Virus record (IMG/VR): IMGVR_UViG_3300042905_002851
Reading direction: 5' to 3' (one strand)
DNA: 20,000 nt
DNA from: an uncultured virus (IMG/VR IMGVR_UViG_3300042905_002851)
Lineage: Duplodnaviria; Heunggongvirae; Uroviricota; Caudoviricetes
The position numbers and the translations under genes were made by a program. The notes beneath the pieces are model-generated. The model had not been told where the DNA came from. It made no database searches and was given only the letters and a program-made list of their open reading frames with translations. Positions 15,386 through 20,000 of the stretch are shown here, one piece after another. How positions within the stretch are numbered: the first letter of the stretch is position 1; the number at the start of each line of letters is the position of its first letter.

Positions 15386-15491
15386 AGTTGTTTTGTTTTT
15401 TAATAAATATTTATCGTTTATCAAATATTTTTTTTAAAACACTAAATGTTTTATTTATTCTATATTTATTATATAGATATATACTTATGTT

Positions 15492-16112
15492 ATGGATTTA
15501 ATTTTAACGGAATCACAATTTATTAAATTATTAAAAGAACAACAAGAGGAAGAAATTGCCGGAATTTTTGAAAAATCAAGAGACTTTACAAAGAAATTTT
15601 TAAAAGATGTTAAAAAACAATTTGGAATTGATTTTACTTTTTTATTAACTTGGGGTTCTGTTATTGGGGGATTTGTGGGTCCAATCTCAAATTACATGGA
15701 GGATCGTTATTCAAACTTATCAGAATCTGACATTACTTTAATTTGTTTTGGAATAACTTTAACGTTTTTCTCAACCAATAAAGAAAAATTACATAAAGTT
15801 TTAGAAATTATAAAAGAAAAAAAATTAATAACTTTTTTTGATAGGGCAATGATAAAATCTTACGAACTAAAAGATGCTATGTTTAATTTTTTAGATAGTT
15901 TAAATATTACATTTTCAAAAGTTTCTAACATGATTGCTTATACTTTTTTAATCCCATTAGTTCCTTTATTAAAAGATATGTCAGATCTTGATTTATCAGA
16001 ACAACAAGTCAATCTAATTGTAACTGGTGTTAGTCATTACACTGGTGGTATTTTTGCGTCTAATTTATTAACAACATTAATAGATAAGATAATTAAAAGA
16101 TTTAAAGATTAG
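15492..16112 (+). CDS. Hypothetical membrane protein
   Basis: 206 aa; MDLILTESQFIKLLKE leader; several hydrophobic segments. Confidence 0.8.
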   Translation: MDLILTESQFIKLLKEQQEEEIAGIFEKSRDFTKKFLKDVKKQFGIDFTFLLTWGSVIGGFVGPISNYMEDRYSNLSESDITLICFGITLTFFSTNKEKLHKVLEIIKEKKLITFFDRAMIKSYELKDAMFNFLDSLNITFSKVSNMIAYTFLIPLVPLLKDMSDLDLSEQQVNLIVTGVSHYTGGIFASNLLTTLIDKIIKRFKD

Positions 16113-16734
16113 TCTTATAGTCTAATATTTTCTTAATGGTAAGTTTTACTTCATCGTCGTTCATTTTATGAACATCCTTATACTTTTTAAACCAACCTAT
16201 CATTACATCATTAAATGGTCTTCCCGTAATTTTAGACATTCTTTTAAATCCGTAGTATTGAGAATCTAATTCTTTTGGTTTTGTGTAATAATCATATCCT
16301 TCTTCTTCGTCATCTTCATCATCATTTGGTTCAACATTAAAGTCGAATAAACCTTTGTTTTTTTGGTAGTTGTGTCTTAATTCATGAGCTAAAATTTCAT
16401 TTAACTCTCCAATCATGTCATATAATATTTTATTTTTTGTTTCAGGATTATATACGATTTTAACAATGACAACATCTTCACCATCATCGTCGTCAGAATA
16501 GTAATCCGCGTTTAATAAAAATCCATCAACACTTTTGGATTCCTCTAATAATAATTCAACAGTAACAAAAATATCTTTAAAATGATATTCATATTCATTC
16601 TCATTAATGTCCTCAGGAAGATAATATTCTCCCACACCCTTTTCCTTATATAGTGTGACAATATCTTTGACAATTTTTCTTATCAAAGAATCATACTTAT
16701 AAGATTCAACTATTGTCTGTTTGGTTAAAGTCAT
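16102..16734 (-). CDS. Putative zincin metallopeptidase-like protein
   Basis: LAHELRHNYQ (HExxH) plus downstream YYTKPKELDS candidate third ligand Glu. Confidence 0.65.
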   Translation of the reverse strand: MTLTKQTIVESYKYDSLIRKIVKDIVTLYKEKGVGEYYLPEDINENEYEYHFKDIFVTVELLLEESKSVDGFLLNADYYSDDDDGEDVVIVKIVYNPETKNKILYDMIGELNEILAHELRHNYQKNKGLFDFNVEPNDDEDDEEEGYDYYTKPKELDSQYYGFKRMSKITGRPFNDVMIGWFKKYKDVHKMNDDEVKLTIKKILDYKTNL

Positions 16735-16792
16735 ATATTTTTTATTTAATTCTTGATCTAAATCTTCTTCTTTTTATAATATAATTAAATTT

Positions 16793-17380
16793 TTACCATG
16801 CTTTGCAACTCCAGTATCTTGGTTTCCACTTTGGCCCAGGATTATCACAATTATGTCTTGCTCTAAATGATTTTCTCCTATCAGGATTGTTTTTTTTAAT
16901 TGTCATTATTTTACCTTTGGCCGATTTTCCACCAAAACCAAAATTTACTTTAACAACCTTTCCTTTGTCGTTTTTTACGTAAACTTTAGACTTCTTAATG
17001 TCCCCTTGCATAGGTTTACCCAACTGAACTTTTCTTCCTTGATATTCTGCCTCTGAAATAAATTCTAAATTTTCCATAGGAATTTCTAAATAGACATTTT
17101 CACCATTCTCTAAAATTACTTTTTTACCTAAATCTGATTCCACAATTAAACGATCTTCGTTATTTAATATAATATGTCCTTGATTATAAAGTCTTCTTAC
17201 TTCATTTATTAAATTGATAAAGGATCTTGAATAAGTTTTAAGAATATTTTCAGATAAAGGTATTTTTTTTTCTAAGTGATATTTTAATATATCTGAAATT
17301 AATACATTATTTTTTAATTTCATCGGGTGGTTATAATATTCTTCTAACACTTGTTTTACAACATTTTCAACAATTCTCAT
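16793..17380 (-). CDS. Conserved phage protein with basic C-terminal domain
   Basis: AEYQGRKV...VKVNFG...SFRARHNCD...RYWSCKAW domain familiar from large phages. Confidence 0.8.
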   Translation of the reverse strand: MRIVENVVKQVLEEYYNHPMKLKNNVLISDILKYHLEKKIPLSENILKTYSRSFINLINEVRRLYNQGHIILNNEDRLIVESDLGKKVILENGENVYLEIPMENLEFISEAEYQGRKVQLGKPMQGDIKKSKVYVKNDKGKVVKVNFGFGGKSAKGKIMTIKKNNPDRRKSFRARHNCDNPGPKWKPRYWSCKAW

Positions 17381-17436
17381 AGTATTGTATATTTATTTAT
17401 ATAAATACTAAATATAATAATAAAATTTCAAAACAT

Positions 17437-17964
17437 ATGAGATCAAATAAACTATTAGACTTTAAAATAAATAAGATTGTAAGATCTGTTTTAAATGAGG
17501 AAAATGAGATTAATTCTAAAAAGGAAATTAAAAAACCTAAATGTATACCCGAAAACGTTATACCATTAGAAGAAATTGTTGGTAGATCTGACGAATACTC
17601 GAAATACACTCCTGGTATCACAAAAAGATCTATGGGCGTTAATTCTATGGTAGATACTTTAGGTATTTTAAATAACATTAGGTTATTTAAAGATGTAAAA
17701 GATGGTGGTTCCCATTTATCTTATGAAATGATGAATCATTTAAATAAGTTTAGAAATAAAAATTATTATGATGAAACAACAGGTGATTGTCATAAAGCAA
17801 TGGACAAAATTATTGAATTATATAAGGAAAATGAACACGGAACTGAATTAGTTAAGGATATTGAAAGGGTTTTAAATTTACAAACAAAAGAAGATGAATT
17901 TACCCCATCACCAAGATCAAAAGAATATTTAAAACAATCATTAAATTTAATTAAGGGAGTTTAA
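17437..17964 (+). CDS. Hypothetical protein
   Basis: 175 aa; KIVRSVLNEE leader; followed by terminator. Confidence 0.8.
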   Translation: MRSNKLLDFKINKIVRSVLNEENEINSKKEIKKPKCIPENVIPLEEIVGRSDEYSKYTPGITKRSMGVNSMVDTLGILNNIRLFKDVKDGGSHLSYEMMNHLNKFRNKNYYDETTGDCHKAMDKIIELYKENEHGTELVKDIERVLNLQTKEDEFTPSPRSKEYLKQSLNLIKGV

Positions 17965-18035
17965 CGTCCACATTATAACTAATTTTTTTATTGAGGATAT
18001 TATACAAAAAGACTAAAATAACCTCTATTTTAATC

Positions 18036-18063
18036 AAAAAACCCCTATTTTAGGGGTTTTTTT
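18036..18063. terminator. Bidirectional intrinsic terminator between convergent genes
   Basis: AAAAAACCCCTA-TTT-TAGGGGTTTTTTT. Confidence 0.85.
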
Positions 18064-18117
18064 GTTATATATATAGACAAAAAATGACCAAAAACAGGTC
18101 TTTTTCGAGAATTTTAT

Positions 18118-18390
18118 CTATTTTTTAGTTATTTTTTTAGCAATTTCACCCATTCTTTGGTTAAAATTACCAATTTGACCTCCAAAACTACCAATATTTT
18201 TGTAAAAATCTTCTAAATTACCCAAATTATTAAGGTTTTTAGTAAAATTTGATGGATTTTGCATGTTTTTTAGGTCTTTTAAGGTAAAAAATAGTGATTT
18301 TCCGTATTTTTTCCACCAATATATGAATAAAATGGTTGTAAAAAGAATAATTATACTAAAAATTAGTAAAGAAATTGATAAAAATGTCAT
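18118..18390 (-). CDS. Small single-TM protein
   Basis: Hydrophobic N-terminus followed by WWKKYGK. Confidence 0.75.
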   Translation of the reverse strand: MTFLSISLLIFSIIILFTTILFIYWWKKYGKSLFFTLKDLKNMQNPSNFTKNLNNLGNLEDFYKNIGSFGGQIGNFNQRMGEIAKKITKK

Positions 18391-18462
18391 AATTTGTTTG
18401 TTTTTATGTAAAAATGAGCAAATTATATGATATAATCAAGTGTTTAAATAAAAAAAACGTTA

Positions 18463-19122
18463 TTATTGAGTCATAAAGTATTTTACAACCTCAGTTGCAA
18501 GTCTATTTACCCTATGTGTTGCTGATGATCCCGTAATTTCTTTATTTTTCTGTTCTAAATCAGTAACTGCGGCTGAAATCATGATATTTCTAACCATTTC
18601 TGACATTTCTAAGATTTTTTTAATCAATTCTTCATCTTTATCGTCTAAATCTTGTTGTTTACGGTATAAATTAAAGTATGTGGTCAAATAATCCTCAGTT
18701 TTACCTAAAAATTGACCTGATTCAAACATATTTACCACACCCAATTGTTTAATTGCGTTTAAATACTCCATAATAGACTTTAAATCAGACTTTTTAAAGA
18801 GTCTTGACCACTCATGTCGTTTTATTAACTCATCAAGATCTATAATTCTACCTTCATTTAGGTCATTTTGGTCGTTTTGACTATATTCACGATCTAACAT
18901 CCAAGTATCGCTCTGTGGGAGTAAAGATAGGGTAGATATAACCTTTTCATCGTCATCATACCACTCTACATCATACATATAGTCAAATTCTGACCCAAAA
19001 CTAGGTTGTTGACCTATTCTTTTAACCTTTCCTTTGGTTCCTGTATCAACATCTTCACCTGGCATGTATATTAGAACTATGCGATCACCCTCTTTTAACT
19101 TAGGATTTTGTTTTTTACTCAT
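18463..19122 (-). CDS. Hypothetical protein with N-terminal SH3-like (DUF4314-like) domain and helical C-terminal domain
   Basis: LKEGDRIVLIYMPGE...GTKGKVKRIG...YDVEW; C-terminal IKQLGVVNMF resembles DUF5049. Confidence 0.6.
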   Translation of the reverse strand: MSKKQNPKLKEGDRIVLIYMPGEDVDTGTKGKVKRIGQQPSFGSEFDYMYDVEWYDDDEKVISTLSLLPQSDTWMLDREYSQNDQNDLNEGRIIDLDELIKRHEWSRLFKKSDLKSIMEYLNAIKQLGVVNMFESGQFLGKTEDYLTTYFNLYRKQQDLDDKDEELIKKILEMSEMVRNIMISAAVTDLEQKNKEITGSSATHRVNRLATEVVKYFMTQ

Positions 19123-19137
19123 ATAAATAAATATCTA

Positions 19138-20000
19138 CTATTTAACTAATGTTAAATTACCTATAAATTCATTTATTTTGTCAGTTTTAGGTGTTTTAAA
19201 TCTTAATTTCCAAGTATAAACACCATCTTGACATGGTTTATCGTCATAATTACCATCCCAACCCATGTTTGTGTTATAAGATTCCCATATTATCTGTCCC
19301 CAACGGTTATATATTACAAATACATAGTTAAAAACGTCTACTCCTGACGTAATTATGGGTTTAAATGTGTTATTTCTTTCATCACCATTAGGTGTAAAGG
19401 CGTTTGGTATGTAAAATATCTCATTTGGACACAATTCTAAGGTTACAATGAAGTTTTCGGGGTTAGAAACACATCCATTGTCCCATCTAACCACTTGAAA
19501 TTGGAATATTCCATCTTGATCCCAAGTAATATTTAATGTTTGACTAATTGTTGTGTCTCCAAACGAGTACCATTCGTTATATCCACCACTTGCAGACACT
19601 GCATCAAAGATATCGGTAATGGTATCTCCCTCACATATCTCATGATACTCGGTATTTTCAAAAACAACACCGTTTACAACAGGAGAAATGAGTGGTCTTG
19701 GGTATACTTGAACATTTATTGATGTATTAAACAAACAACCTGACTGAATATAGTTGTAATTCACAACATCAAGACCAATAAATCCGTTATTTGGACAGTA
19801 TTGTCCACCCCAAACGTTTAATCCACTAAAAATTCCACCTTGTGGGGTACCATTTAGGTTAATACAGTTGTCATATTCACAAAATGGACCAACTTGAGTG
19901 ATTGATGGAAGAATATTTAACACAACAAGGTTAAAAGTTTCAGGTAATGACTGACATCCAAGTTGATTAACACCAATAACCGATAGTGAGTTAGGGTAAT
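19138..20000 (-). CDS. Ig-like repeat protein with gliding-motility-associated C-terminal domain (T9SS type B CTD), 5' truncated
   Basis: FYIPNAFTPNGDERNNTF...IYNRWGQIIWES...WDG...GVYTW...GNLTLVK; frame stays open from 19923 to the window end (YPNSLSVIGVNQLGCQS...). Confidence 0.85.
   Translation of the reverse strand, partial: YPNSLSVIGVNQLGCQSLPETFNLVVLNILPSITQVGPFCEYDNCINLNGTPQGGIFSGLNVWGGQYCPNNGFIGLDVVNYNYIQSGCLFNTSINVQVYPRPLISPVVNGVVFENTEYHEICEGDTITDIFDAVSASGGYNEWYSFGDTTISQTLNITWDQDGIFQFQVVRWDNGCVSNPENFIVTLELCPNEIFYIPNAFTPNGDERNNTFKPIITSGVDVFNYVFVIYNRWGQIIWESYNTNMGWDGNYDDKPCQDGVYTWKLRFKTPKTDKINEFIGNLTLVK

Noticed and set aside
1014..19722. Nested or antisense ORF-track entries (1014, 1599, 1766, 2436, 4720, 7534, 7811, 11059, 11082, 11714, 13173, 13539, 17397, 19540)
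   Set aside because: All overlap better-supported genes in another frame or strand and show no motifs or upstream signals

Overview
AT-rich, densely coding window that looks like part of a large (jumbo-type) tailed phage infecting Bacteroidota. Support: Bacteroidota-type TTTG-N19-20-TAnnTTTG promoters, Bacteroidota-style signal/lipoprotein peptides, a T9SS type-B CTD protein, a tRNA cluster, putative holins and M15 peptidases, and no cellular housekeeping genes. Standard code 11 gives long ORFs. Main signals: (1) a GC-richer, tetraloop-rich large non-coding RNA on the minus strand, about 465 to <1 and truncated by the window edge, tentatively GOLLD/ROOL class, driven by tandem promoters with an rrn-like hairpin+boxA leader; (2) a minus-strand stable-RNA operon (7514-6664) with the same leader design, holding 4 tRNAs, a 154-nt tRNA-scaffolded RNA with a possibly pseudoknotted insert, and several small unexplained structured RNAs; (3) about a dozen unrelated proteins carrying [IL]-x-E-rich terminal peptides, mostly behind a TATTTAT motif, suggesting protease-matured head cargo proteins, including a duplicated leader+variable cargo pair. 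All family calls come from reading motifs by eye; no database searches were run.
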